Shown here: one piece after another, positions 38,651 to 52,455 of the stretch
Position numbering within the stretch: the stretch's first letter is position 1
Layout: the number at the start of each line of letters is the position of its first letter
Source of the DNA: Octopus sinensis
Taxonomy: Eukaryota
Direction: 5' to 3'
DNA length: 64,000 nt
NCBI RefSeq assembly: GCF_006345805.1
Contig: NC_043013.1
Location: 30,070,001 to 30,134,000, forward strand
Program-made: the position numbers and the translations under genes
Notes under the pieces: generated by a model
What the model was told of the DNA's origin: nothing
Database searches by the model: none
The model's input: only the letters and a program-made list of their open reading frames with translations

Positions 38651-41600
38651 AATCACTGTACCAATATTAAACACAGACGGCCCGGTCCAACGTCATTACT
38701 TTATTATTATTCAATTGGTTAAATATCTATAAAACGAAGTAATCGATTATTTGTCTAACTTATTGATTAAACAGCCAATCGATTTTGATTTGTTCGTCAT
38801 TGACCTTTCGTTGCTATTCACAAGCTTTTCAGTGACAATCTCTCTCACTTCGCTACAGAGGCCGTTTTGGCTGAACCTGAAAGAGGTCAGCAAGGCCTCC
38901 GCATATAAGCTCATTTACAAACACACATCAAGAGATCATATGGGCAGTGGGGTAACACACACAACCATGCATAGATATATGCTCACATGCACACAGGAGC
39001 ATTTTGGTCATCCTCACCCTTACCACTTCTCCTAAACTACAAACACACACACGCATACTTACAAACACACACACGCGCACTTACAAACACACACACACAC
39101 AAATGCACATACACACACGTATGCGTGCAAAAACACACACACACGCACACACACTCACACACTCACGCGCGCACACACACAGACACACACACACACACAC
39201 ACACGCACATACACACACAAACACACACAAGCAAAGTGTCAGGTCGGAAGAGATGGCCTCCGTAGCGAAGTGGGAAAGATAGTCATTGAAAAGTTTGCGA
39301 ATAATGACAAAAGAAATTTGAAGAAAAACCCCAAACCCCCAAATAACGATTGAGTGTTTTACAAGTTAAACAAACGATAGATTAGTTAGTTAGATATAGA
39401 TTCATGGAATTGAAAGGAGTGGCATTGAACCGGTGCATGCGTGGTTATTATTGGCGAATGTCTCTCCCAAGGGACGACAAAATTAGTTTCATCATAGGAA
39501 TTCACATAAAAGAATCTTGCAAACCAAAAACGAAGTAGAATAAGAATAATAATCACATGGAAGGAATGACATCAATTTTATCTACTTTAATAACATAATA
39601 CTCCATCTAGATTCCGAATAGTAATCTTTTGAATTCTAATCTTTGTTTTTTTTTTAGATATTCATTTCAAATTTAAGCTTAAAATACTGTTACATGTGAA
39701 TCAACATTTATTCATATACAACTAATTTTTATAACGTCGTATTTAAAGTGTCACTCACAACCTTAATCAAACTGTTAGTTTGTCTCAGTGCACCACATCT
39801 AATTAACCTCAATCATAAGAAAAAATTGTTTTATCTTTTCTTCTTGGAGAAAACCTATGGGATGCCTTCGTGACGCCGTTCTTCCTGTTATCATCAAACA
39901 TGAATATATTCAAGCTGAACACCTGCAGCAATCTCACAAATCTTCTTTGAAAGGTCAAGTCTACTGCACCTTACCTCCTACAAGAGAAGTGATCGTATAT
40001 AAAATCTTTATTTATGCATCTTTATATAGAGACTTATTTGTAAATGCGATAATTATGCACTTACAATCTTTTGAGAAATTATTACAAAAACAATAGAAAT
40101 CTATTTCGTAAATTAATATTTTCTTAGTTCAAATAACTACTTGTTACAAGATATATGTTTATGATTATGAATATTCTGTTCGATGTAAAGAATTGCCAGG
40201 AGTACAGATAACTGAAACATTAGCAGTCATATACATACGAGATACTGAATTGACTTATATCATTGAAAAGGAGGCGGACAAACAACAAGTAGAGTGTTTC
40301 AAGATATCGCTTTTATATTTGTTACTTGTCTCATATGAATAAAGTTTCATATTTATTCTAATATATAAACTGATCCTTACGTCTTGTGTATATTTGCTTC
40401 CTTAGCAGAATACAATATTAGGCACTGTCACGGGATATAGACAGGCGTACACCAACATGCATATAAATCTATGCACCATATTATGAGCGATATATATATA
40501 TAACTTCTCTAACCCATAACGTATACATATGATGCGTTTTGAAAACCCAAAGGTGGAAAGTTCGCGAACAGTTACAGTCATACATATTTCCGTCCTGTCT
40601 ATTTAAAACGATTTTAGACTGAAAATACATATATATTCGCCAAGACTCTCTGTTTAGCTTTCGCTGATAAAATCTGCACTAATCGAAGCGTTTATTACTA
40701 AGGCATAGTAAGAGAAGTAAACTTTGCATACACAACCAATTGTATGGCTTCTAATTTTGGTGGAAGGATACTAATAAATTATTCTGAAAGGCCAGGCTTG
40801 TATGCTTATTTCTGGTATTCTACCACTCTCAATAATATTGGTGACTTTAAACTTGACGCACGATCAGGTATTACATGAGAGAGAGGTATACTCGATTGTA
40901 TGACACCAATAAAAGACTGATACTTATTTTAGAATTCTTGAAATCATATAAATGCAAAGATAATCCTGATGAGATTCAAACTCACAATGGTATTAAATAT
41001 GCTATTCATATAATTAGAAGAGAAAATATAATTTTGAATATTGGATCATATTCTGTCTTAGATTGTATATACACACCATTCTTACGCGAATTCATAATTA
41101 AATACAATGTATATAAATTAATCATATATAATTAATTACTTATTAAAATGGCTTCACTTTCAATTTCTAAATGGAAATTCTATTTGTGGAGAATATATTA
41201 AGTATCATAATTCAAAAGAACTGAAATATAAGAAAATGATGGATATTTGCGGAGTATACCTAACACCTAGTAGATTATCCTTAACGAATAGATCTCACTT
41301 AATTGTTATTCTAATTAATTGAATGCAAAAAAGTTTTTAATGCTAAATGAATGATTTCTGATACAGGAGTCTTTCAAATTCCATATGAATTTATAAATAC
41401 CTGTATTCTATTGTAACAAATCATTGATGGCTGCTTCTTTCTGATTACGTGTGCGTTCAAAGTTCACTTTAAAGTTTATATATTGCATGCATATCTTTCA
41501 CTTCCATTTACTTCACGAAAATATATTAAGATAAAAGTTTAGATGAGTCCAAAGAAAGAAAAGAATACTTTAATTTTTTCAGAAGGCAATATTTGTGCTT

Positions 41601-41676
41601 ATTACCATTGCAAGCTCTCCGTGTTTCAGGTCTCAACAGGCTAAGACGACCCCCGTAGTGAGGTGGGAGCTATAGT

Positions 41677-42088
41677 GGATCTTTTCGGTTTGAACGGCAG
41701 TTTTTTAAAAATAATTTCCACGTAACTAAACACTTTTAAACTTCGTATACTGGTAAAATGTGTTTAAAAAACATCTTTTTCTCTTGGCTTTATTGAGAAA
41801 ATTATATAGTTTGTAAGATATTTGTTGTTCTTTTTCTTCAATTTCTGCAATTTCAACCAATCAATGACGTCTATTTGAGGTGAAAACATTCTGTGCCGTA
41901 TGAATATGTCCCTCGTTTAAGAAACAGATTGGGTTTATTTACATTTCTGAAGAAAAAGATACCCTTCCCCCCACCCCTAACCCTAAAACAGATTGAAATG
42001 CAATAGATCGATACTAGGGTCAAAATTATGGGTGACAATTTCATATGACACCGCTAGAAAAAATCTGCCGTTCAAACCGAAAAGATCC
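41677..42088. mobile_element. MITE, Merlin-like
   Basis: 24-bp perfect TIR ggatcttttcggtttgaacggcag beginning with GG; 8-bp TSD gctatagt/ggtatagt with one mismatch. Confidence 0.8.
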
Positions 42089-43267
42089 GGTATAGTCACT
42101 GAAAAGGTTGCGACGTATATGTTCCTCTTTCAATGTTTCAAGTCGATGCTTGTTCAAAACATGGAATATGTGCAATTTGTGTGACTTACAGACTCTTGGA
42201 AAGAAGGACTGGGCGTAGTGGTAAGTGAGGGTGGAGTGGAGACTATGTGCGATGAGGAGCAGATGAATGAAGAATGAATACTTCGTGAAGTTTGTAGATA
42301 TCCAGTCAAAATCCAGGAGATGACTATTGCAGAAGTCAAAATGGAAGAGTGTAAGAAGAGCAACACAGCATCGGGTAAGAGAAGAGGAAAATAGTAATTC
42401 ACACGATGAAATGATAGTATAGATACCACTTGATCATGCAGGCATCAACAGTATCATAAAATGCAACAAAACAGGTCTAGATGTCATTTTTCTGTTAACA
42501 CTGATTTATAGAAATAAAATAGATTATTTTAAAAGTAATTGATGACAGTTCGATCTTGTTGTGCTTCGCTAGGTTTGAAGAAAGAGTAGAACTTGAATAG
42601 TAAAAGGGACGAGAGGGAGATAAGCAGGATTTGTGTCCATATTCAAATTTACTTAAAGATTGCATATCCACTTAATGTCATTATCTCTGATTAATGCATT
42701 CCATAGCTACGTTATGAATCCTGCTATCGGCAATATTTAGTGTGTATCTGAACAAATTCATAAGGCTTTGTCATTCGATTAGCTTATCTTGAGAAATTTG
42801 GTTGAAATAAAAATTGTTACAATTGTATTTCGCTAAATGATATAGTCAAAAGAGAGAAGGTGATTAAGTTACATTGAATAGATAAGAATTATTGTTTTTC
42901 ATAATGTTTTTTGAATTTTGTAAAAATTAAAATTCTCATTATTTGTTCAAAAGAATTAGGCAACTTGTCACTGGATCTGCTAGAGATCGCAGCCGCCCAA
43001 TCGCTTTTAAAATAGGTGAGGATAACACATTGGATAATGCACGTCTGTAAATATATAGTATATGTGTAAATATAAGAAAACAGCCGGCGATCATTGGTCA
43101 GCTCAAACAGCGCGTGCCTTGGTTGTAGAAGAATAATAAAAACGACTACAGAAGCAGTATTTGCGTGAATAGATTCATTGATCACATTTTAAATAATCAT
43201 CCACCCATAAAATTTCGAACTCTATCAGAATTACCGTGGCTGTTTGTTAATTTAAATCAAAAAGTTA

Positions 43268-43480
43268 AGGCGGCGAGCTGGTAGAATCGTTAGCACGCCA
43301 GGCAAAATGTTTAGCAGCGTTTCGTCCCATTTTACGTTCTGAATTAAAAATCCACTGAGGTCGACTTCGCCTGTCATCCTCTCGGGGTCAATAAAGTAAG
43401 TATCAGAACACTGGGATCAATATAATCAACTCAGCCCCTTCCACCAAAGCCTGGTGTTCTTGTATCAAATTTTGAAACCA
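43268..43480 (+). mobile_element. SINE family A
   Basis: ggcggcgagctggtagaatcgttagcacgcc head and body. Confidence 0.8.
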
Positions 43481-44776
43481 ATTTATAAAAAAAGGGTTTA
43501 GAAAGTGTTTCTGAAGTGCTAGATAGAGTATCCAAATATTTTAGAGTTCATGTCAAGCTTAGTAGTACAATTCTTAGAGCTAATGTACTATATTCACAGA
43601 AATCTATATGCGACAAACATTGCTGAAAGAATCAAGCTTCTACTTGTTGAACTTGCTCAAAATAACGACAGAATATCCCTCAAAACACTTTCCACAATGG
43701 AGTCTATGATTGATTAAATGTACATGATTGTCAGAATGAATTTTATTCTAGAATGGGTTTACTGAAACAGGTTTGACAACTGAAGAAATTACTTAGGTAT
43801 ACCAATTTTTTTTTTAATATGGTGAAAAGTATAAATCACCGAACTCATTTCATTTCCATTTGTATTCGTGAAAAGTGTGGCGTTATTATTGTTGTTGTTG
43901 CTATTGCTATGCCTAATGTTAGCACCAGTTTATCATATCTCTGGCGAAAACAGGCCACATTACGCATCATTTGTTATTTCCTTCACAACTAGATTATCCA
44001 CGGTCCTTCAATTTCAAGAGTTTGGGATTTATTCTACGCGAAATTTGACTATCATTTTCTTTTAATTCTTATAGGATCATTGTAAAGTTACAATATATGA
44101 GGATAGGAGACTGCAAATTTGCATATTTGAAGTATGGCCAATGTGAAGTGTAGGATAGACAACCTAGATATAGAAAACCAAGTAAGAAAAATTCCGGATC
44201 AGTGATCTGGGAAACGATTACCGATTGAGGGTACGAAACAGTAGACAGTTTTATGCCTGTGCGTGTGTGTCTGTGTGTGTGTGTATGTTAGAGAGAGAGG
44301 GTGTGTGAAGAGAGAGAGAGAGAGAGAAGGAGAAAGAGAGAGAGAGAGAGAAGGAGAAAGAGAGAGAGAGAGAGAAAGAGAGAGTTGAAATGGCTTACAT
44401 TTTAGAAACATTTTAAGCTATAATGAAAGGATCAACTTAGAACGTTAAAACTAAGAACAAAATAACCAATGAATATATTTGAAATATCAGTTCTCAAATC
44501 ATCATTAATACATCATTCCAGATGAAAGTCAAATAAAAGAAACATTAATGTTAGTCATTTACTTAATATATCATTTTGTGAAAAACAGCGTCGTTAGTCA
44601 CAAATATCCAATAATTCAGTCACTAATTTGCTAAATCTCTGACCGCGATATCAACAAAAGAGTGACTGTAAATGATATGAGAACAAAAAATACCTATCTT
44701 AACATTCCTTTATATTCATTCATACGTTCATACATATATATTTTATGTGTTTGAAAATATAAAAGTGTATATATGC

Positions 44777-44816
<40 letters not shown>

Positions 44817-44817
44817 T

Positions 44818-44871
<54 letters not shown>

Positions 44872-44909
44872 ATTTATGTATATACATATATATATATATA
44901 TATATATAC

Positions 44910-44952
<43 letters not shown>

Positions 44953-45025
44953 AATATATATATATATATATATACACATAAATATATATATATATATATA
45001 TATAATATATGTATATATATTAGTG

Positions 45026-45060
<35 letters not shown>

Positions 45061-45780
45061 GTATATACATATATATATATATAGTTATATATACATATAT
45101 ATGTATATAATTATAACAATAAGGGTTTAGCAAAATGTATGTATATTTATATATATATATATATATAACCACATGAAGGCAATTCTTGTCCATTTTACAA
45201 CTTGACAGATTAAATTTAGAGATCCTTGATTGTTAATTAGATACGTTCAAATAACCGTGTTACCTTTAACTTTTGGCACAAAAAATATTGTCACATTACG
45301 TTAAGGTACGGACATAGCAGGGACCATAGAAAATTTCTTTGTCTAATCACGTGATCAATCTCTGCCAATCATATTGGTACTAATTTGCGACATATTCTCG
45401 CCATAAAAGCAATAGAAGTTTTCGAACTACAGCCAGAATCAAGATGGTTTCGGTATAATCCCACGTCTTTCTAACTCGCTGACATTTGAAAATCATAAAC
45501 ATCTGTGAAACCGGTTAAGCCTTTATAAAACCATCTAAAATACTACCATTCTGCATTCAGCTTCTTACACACATACATATAAACACACACACATAGACAC
45601 ATATGTACAATCGCTACTGTTGAGTTTACAGCTCCGCGTAGATGATTATCATTCATTCTGCTACCAATGCAATGGTTTCGTTACTACTATACTTAGTAGT
45701 ATAACTAGATATTATATACAGAGTACATGCATGCAGAGAACAAATGATGTAAAGTTGTTTTTATCATGCTTTCTCTTATA

Positions 45781-45946
45781 CAGTAATCCCTCGCCATATC
45801 GCGGTTCACCTATCGCAGTTTATTATTTAAGCTTACGTCGATTCCTCGGTGGTGTTGTTTTGCGTTTGTAAAAATAATTAAAAAAATATACAACACTCTT
45901 TGTACTTCGCAGACTTTCGCCTATCGCGATAGTCGAGGGATTACTG
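45781..45946. mobile_element. pogo/Tigger-type MITE
   Basis: TIR cagtaatccctcg and cgagggattactg with TA TSD. Confidence 0.85.
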
Positions 45947-46752
45947 TATACATATATAGGTTGGTATATATATGCACATATACAGATGTAGCTGGAGTGT
46001 CTATATTCGAGAGACGTTTTTTCTGAATATGCCATGTCAACAAAAAAAAAAGCGAAAAAAATCTGAGAACTATTTTATTTGTCTTGAGAGTAACTTAGGG
46101 TTATATTGATGGCGATAAATACATCTCTAACTTCGAACGGACATGAAACTTTATTTCCGACGGTTTTATTTTGTTGATGTCACTGGTACTTTACTTTATA
46201 AAGGATGAATGTTTAACCTCGGTGGTATTTGACTTCAAATCGCAGAAAGAAAGACAAAATAATTGAAGGTACGCTGACTGATACTCTTGCGGATCTATTT
46301 ATTTGCCACATCTAAATTATGTAAAATACTCCACTTAAAATACTTATGTTGTAACGTATTCTCTTTGTGTATCAACTGTTTCCCACAATATTGATGGATG
46401 CTTAAATATATTTAACTTTTCCAAAATCTAACAATGATTTAGAAATACCTAAATCTCAGAATATTACCATTATCGCCCCAGCTATTTACTTAGCTACTAC
46501 TACCAAAACAATGTAGTATACGAAATATTAATATATTTTACAACTCGTACTTTTATCGCAGACTTCATGCAAATAAGATCAATAAACAATATGTTTTCGA
46601 AAGATAGTTGTATCAAAAATGGAATCATTTTCAATAAAATTATCGAAATATACGCATAGATATTATTATAGTTCTCGTATAAATGTTAGGTTTTAGAAGC
46701 ATTTCTTTCCAATTTTTATCGTGATATAAGATGTATATGCATACACACACAC

Positions 46753-46804
<52 letters not shown>

Positions 46805-47685
46805 ATACGCATATATATGTACAGTCATATATATGAAACTTCTCGGCAGACGAATACAATGATAAAATATACATTTTGTGAAATATTAGATTCAATAGCA
46901 TAGTTCTTACAGGAAATATTTAAATAAATCAAAAATGACTTTCAATGTAATAAAATATGTATGTATTTATCTAGTGCTTATATTCATGTGAATATTTGAA
47001 GATATGTCTTCTAAATCAATGAAATATATTGTGAACATTACGTTAAATTGTATATCACTGATACAACGATAGCACACACACACACGCACACACACACACA
47101 CATTATATAACTACTCAGTGATAAACAGATTGAAGAAATCTAAATATGAAAAGGCGTTTAAAGATATATTATTAAAAGAGTATATGGAAGAAAAAAACAT
47201 TTATAAAGCGACGGTGTTTTTTTGAAAAAGTAATGTTATTTTGAGACTAATTAACGTACTGTTCCATAATATAGGTTCCGATTGCTGTATTTCATTACAT
47301 ACAAATAGAAATTTGAAATTAAAAACCATCATTCATATATTAGGTATTAAAATATTTAATTCAAAAAGTAATAGGCAATTTCTTTAAATAAAGTAATAAA
47401 AGCATATACCCAATTTAATACGGGAGCGATATTGGATTATATTCCTTGTTTAGATATATAAAAATAAGAATTCTTAACAAATTAAACTGGAAAATATTAA
47501 AAGAATGTTTAACTAGAAATGTGTAAAAAAAAAGAAATAATGAAATAATGGATGGTTTTCTCATTCTGAGCACGTATTCCAATTTCACTTCCGTTTTTCA
47601 AAAGCTGATTCGATTTTTTGAAGTATATCTTTCAAATTACATCAAAACTTAAAATTCCATTTTCAAAGAAAACAATGTGAAAATG

Positions 47686-47822
47686 AATCGATGCTATTCT
47701 GATGTATGCTTATATCGAAAAATAAGTGATTAGAATTAATCTATTTATCATAGTGGCAATAATCAGAAGAATCGCGGAAGCCATATAACCATTTAACCAT
47801 CAATCAATAGGCTGCAGTAATA
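47686..47822 (+). repeat. ~135-bp direct repeat; second copy at about 54174-54302
   Basis: Shared aatcgatgctatt...ctatttatcatagtggcaataatcagaag...tgcagtaat. Confidence 0.8.
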
Positions 47823-47981
47823 TTAAAGTCGAATACATTTTGTAGGTTGCCAAATAAATTAAATTACATTTAATTTAATTTCGCTTTTTTTTGGAAAGGC
47901 ACTGAGTGGATTGAAGTTTCGATTCCAGATAGCGAATATCGAATTTCTTCTACGTCAGATATTCATTAACGTTACACAATA

Positions 47982-48122
47982 TTCAAATTCCGCCGAGATC
48001 AATTTTGTCTTTCATCTTATCGGGGTTGATAAAGTAAGTACCAGTTGTGTACTGGGGTCGATCTAATCGACTGACCACCCCTGCCCCAAAATTTCGGGCC
48101 TTGTGCCTAGAGTAGAAAAGAT
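47982..48122 (+). mobile_element. SINE family A 3' part (tail 2)
   Basis: ttcaaattccgccgag...ccttgtgcctagagtagaaaag. Confidence 0.8.
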
Positions 48123-50559
48123 TAATATAACAAAAGGTCTTTTTCCGTGAGAAGGAACAACCCTTTGGGAATATATAAACATATTTGGCAGGTTGGAAAA
48201 ACCGGAAGTCGCTAACCGAAACTCTGCACCCAGGCGACTTGAGTGTGAAGGTCGTGAGTTTACAGGTGAATAGCAATTTTCCAAAATTCTGCTCAGATGA
48301 CTGCTAAACAAACCTCTTAAGGAATTTGGAATAATTGCTCAAATCCGGGTACCACCTGTAAATTAATGTAAATTGACCGAAAACATGATTTGTGCTTTTT
48401 TTTATTTCTGTCAGAATACTCGTGAAGTTTAACCTCAAGATGATATGAACTTAAGAAAGAGGAATTGTTATTAAATACTGCTCGACTTCTGCTTCACTAT
48501 CTAATAATTCTGACAAAATAATATCATTAAAACAATGAAAAACAAAAACAACTCTCATCTAAAGGAAGAGTTGAACTTTAAACACTTGCATCTAAATTGT
48601 GTATTGCAATGCAGTTATTCTATAAAAAAAGGCTTTATGAATTCATTTAGCGCCATAGTCCCGAGATGCTAAAATATATATCTGGTCAGTGAAAAAATTT
48701 TAAAACAATTAAAAAATTTCTTAAACTAATTATTGTATATTATCAGGCAGTCTCTTACGTGCATTTCATACTTCCTCTGCTAGAAACAAAACTCCATTCC
48801 ACATATCAAATACTTGAATAATAAAGACTCCATGCAGTAGCAATATATATTAAGTTAGAAACGAATCTTCTTCGAAAGGACAACTTGTTTATTTAACCAA
48901 ATAGTTTTTATAGTGTTTCCTTCAGATTTAAAATACAGAAAATATTTTCATCTGTTAGAAATAGCTTAGCAATATTTTTTGATATCTAATAGGGTTCCGA
49001 ACGAGGAAGACGATCTCATAATCTTATACTTAAACTTATTGATCAAATGTCTTCCTTTTTGTTTATCGTTATACGATTCACAGACAGATTGATAGATTGA
49101 TAGAGTTGGCTCAGTTACATGGAGACGAGGCTTTGAATTCAATTTGTGGATTGGCTACATCAATCGTTTGGAGTCGTAAATATAAATCACATGAAAATAC
49201 AAACGGCCATGACCGAAGACATGCGTGTTTAATAAGTAAGGCGACTCTTTGTTGTCGAAATTCCTAAAAGAATATTGCATTAAAGATATTGCATTTCCGA
49301 TACGCTACCAACAGAAAGATAATTGCCTTGCGATGTTATCGGTGCTTTTATTAATACCAATTCGTTTGGCGATTAGATATATAAAACGTCGTTCATTATA
49401 ACTGAGAAAAAAGGACAAAAAGTAAATGAACGCAGAAATACATGATCAAATGTTCTGATTGTCAAAGAGTAAAAAGAAGAAATAGAATATTGTGCATTGC
49501 AAGACAGCATGGTTACTGTTGCATAATACAACATTTTGTACAAAATGACGCCGGTACCTAAAGGACACAAATATGCAATGAATGCATCAGTTTTCTGATA
49601 TCACAGTATTATAGTACTAGTCGTTTTAATCTTAATAAAATCCATTGTTCAGTTTCTTTGTATTGTAACTTCTAGCCATTTCTTATTGTACTTCATATCA
49701 CCTTATCCTTACGCTATCCACCACCTTTATCTCTCTGTGTCGATGTTTGCCACAGCAATAATGAATAAGAGCATCAATCTCTCAAAGTAATTTCTGTAGG
49801 CGTCAGGTTTATGACTATAATATATAAAGAAATATTCTCATAACTGCACAGCAGTCACATGGCTAACACGGATAATAGATCAGGAAATATGTCTGTGCCT
49901 GTGAGTTCGAATATGCTTTAGTCTTAACGATCTGAGTCTTGATAAGTTACGTAGTTCTACACGGTATTAATTCAACATGTACTATAAAATACACAGGGCC
50001 CTGAAAGTACTTCCTAAATAGTTACTATTGGCTGATCGAGGTCCATATTTGTCATACATGGACCTCGACCAGTTTTATAAATTTTAGTAGAGTCTATAAA
50101 AGAGTTCATAGATGGGAGATCTTTGTTGCCGTTAGAAGTAAGCAATCTAAACTTTTGGACGTTTTTCCACTCTTAAGGGGATTTTCAATAATTTAGTCTC
50201 ATGGAGTAATTAATAAACAATATTAATGATACACATCTCTAGAATTAGATATCCATAAATTCATGCCTGTAAATCACTGATGAGTGTACTAAAAATGTGG
50301 AAGAAACCTTATACAGAGTAGCAGATAATATTCCCAAAAACGAATTTGTACATCAGAGCAGTTAATGTGCCTTAGATGAACAAATACGATGTATAACGAA
50401 ACTTAATTCACATTAAATAAAAACTTTGAGTGTGTTTGGAATGAGTGTCTTTTTCTTCTTTTTTTTTGGTAACTGGTCTCCGATATCAATTTTGAATGCA
50501 ACATCATCCAAGAAATTTAAATTGTCTACGGAATTGCAACTCGGCATTTCTTTTGAATA

Positions 50560-51330
50560 TTTTTAGAACAACGGATGGAGTTCATCAAGGTTGTAATTTC
50601 TCTTTATTGATTTCCACTTTTTGGTGAAAACATAATGCGAAAGACACAGAAAGAAGTTGCACTTCCATTTCTATAACGGACGGTGTTTTGCTGATTATAT
50701 TGACATAAAGGGTGGCAGGGAAACAGACTCTAAGAACTCATGGTGAGAGTTGAAAGAGCGATGTCAGCTGAGCACTGAGTGGCAGTCGAATGGAAGGAGA
50801 AGGGATCAAACTGTATAGACAACTGCATGAGTGGACAACTTTAAACATCTCTCATTTTGAGCAATTTTACACATCAATATCGAACTAAAATGAAAGATTG
50901 GACCTGGTAACAACCGCCGTGAAGAAGCTGTAAAGTTGTACGCCATATGGGAAATGTTGACAGATGAATGCCTTTTATATAAAACCCAAACTATACATGT
51001 CTTTCTTGATTTCAATTTCTTTGCTCAGAGGCGACAGCTGAATATTTGCATAAAATACGGGTAGTAAAGAATCCAGACATTAAGTATCAGAGTTACAAAA
51101 GCTGCCCTGAATCTCGTCTGTAGAGGACATGTGGAAACGATAGAGAGAAGTTGCAAGTCGCCAAATATGCTAGCATGCAGTAACTACTTGCTATAGTGAA
51201 TCGTCAAAAGCTCACCTGGCATGCATCTCTCAAAACTGCCTCTCGAAAACATTCCCTCAATGCTTAATTGAAGGAGAACAACGAACATTTTACAAGTCCT
51301 GTGCGTGTAATGGAGGACAAGGTTAATTAG
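50560..51330 (+). pseudogene. Very degenerate RTE-like LINE relic
   Basis: Remnants resembling the APE end (LIDYIL) and the RTE C-terminus (NRQKLTW..LSKTF..IEG..WRT). Confidence 0.3.
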
Positions 51331-52080
51331 CGGTAAAGCATCAGTTGGCGTGTCTCAAACCAGTGGCTGGTTGCGCAAATCGAAGAAAAAGGAAGACGAA
51401 GATGATGTTAATGATGATGATGATGATGACGACGACAACGACGACGATGACGATGATGATATGACAATAATAATGATGGTAGCTAACTCGGCAGAATGTC
51501 GTGTCACTGTGAATCGTGATATGTAATCCGGATTCGGACGTCCAATCTTCAAATGGTTCAGTCAGTATTTCTGTCAATAGGGTTTTTTTTTTGTAGGACG
51601 TATTCAGGTCTTTATTGGTATACATAGACTCGTAGTTAGAGAATTACAATCATGATCGCGAGAACGTAGTTTCAATCCCTGGATCGGTCGTGCGTTGTGT
51701 TCTTCAGCTAAATCCTTCATCACAATTTGCTATCACCCCAACACCGTGACGTGTGGTACACCTTGCGCCTACTCTGACAACGTTGACTTCATAGAAGGAG
51801 TGAGCAAAGGCACCGCACAAACATTTGATCACTATAAACAAAACATCTGGACAGATTGTTCAGAAAGAAATTGCAGAACCGTCTTTCTCAAACTACGAGA
51901 GACTGCCATCATTCAGCCTGTAGATATGGTGGTATTGTGAGTGATGAATTAGTTATCTTCAAGTGTTACAAACTTATATTTGGTTTATTAAGTTAAGTTG
52001 AAAAATGATAATTCTTGTAAATCATTTTACTAATAGAATGTGAGGTCGTATATATGCTTCTTTGGATATATATATATGTG

Positions 52081-52149
<69 letters not shown>

Positions 52150-52152
<3 letters not shown>

Positions 52153-52384
52153 TTATCTTTTATTAAACTTTTAATACTTTTGATATATATTTAAAATAAT
52201 ATAAATTAAATTAATTTTATGTATGGGCTTATGTTTTTCACTGTTTGATTTGCCTAATAGTGGTTTTATCTCTAATTTAATATAATATAATATAATATAT
52301 TTATACTATAAAAATGGATTTAATCCTAAATCTGATTTTTCCCTGTAAGTTTGGATTTATTCCCTAATATTTTATTATTAATTA

Positions 52385-52385
<1 letters not shown>
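52150..52385. repeat. AT-rich repeat embedded in (TA)n; partial copies at about 57990-58060 and 58570
   Basis: tgatttttccctgtaa-ttggatttattccctaatattttattatta is shared with about 58012-58058. Confidence 0.65.

Positions 52386-52455
<70 letters not shown>

Noticed and set aside
48190-48270. ETS-like ccggaagt motif as a promoter; likewise E-box/CCAAT at about 45347-45370
   Set aside because: Short motifs are expected by chance and no associated gene is evident.
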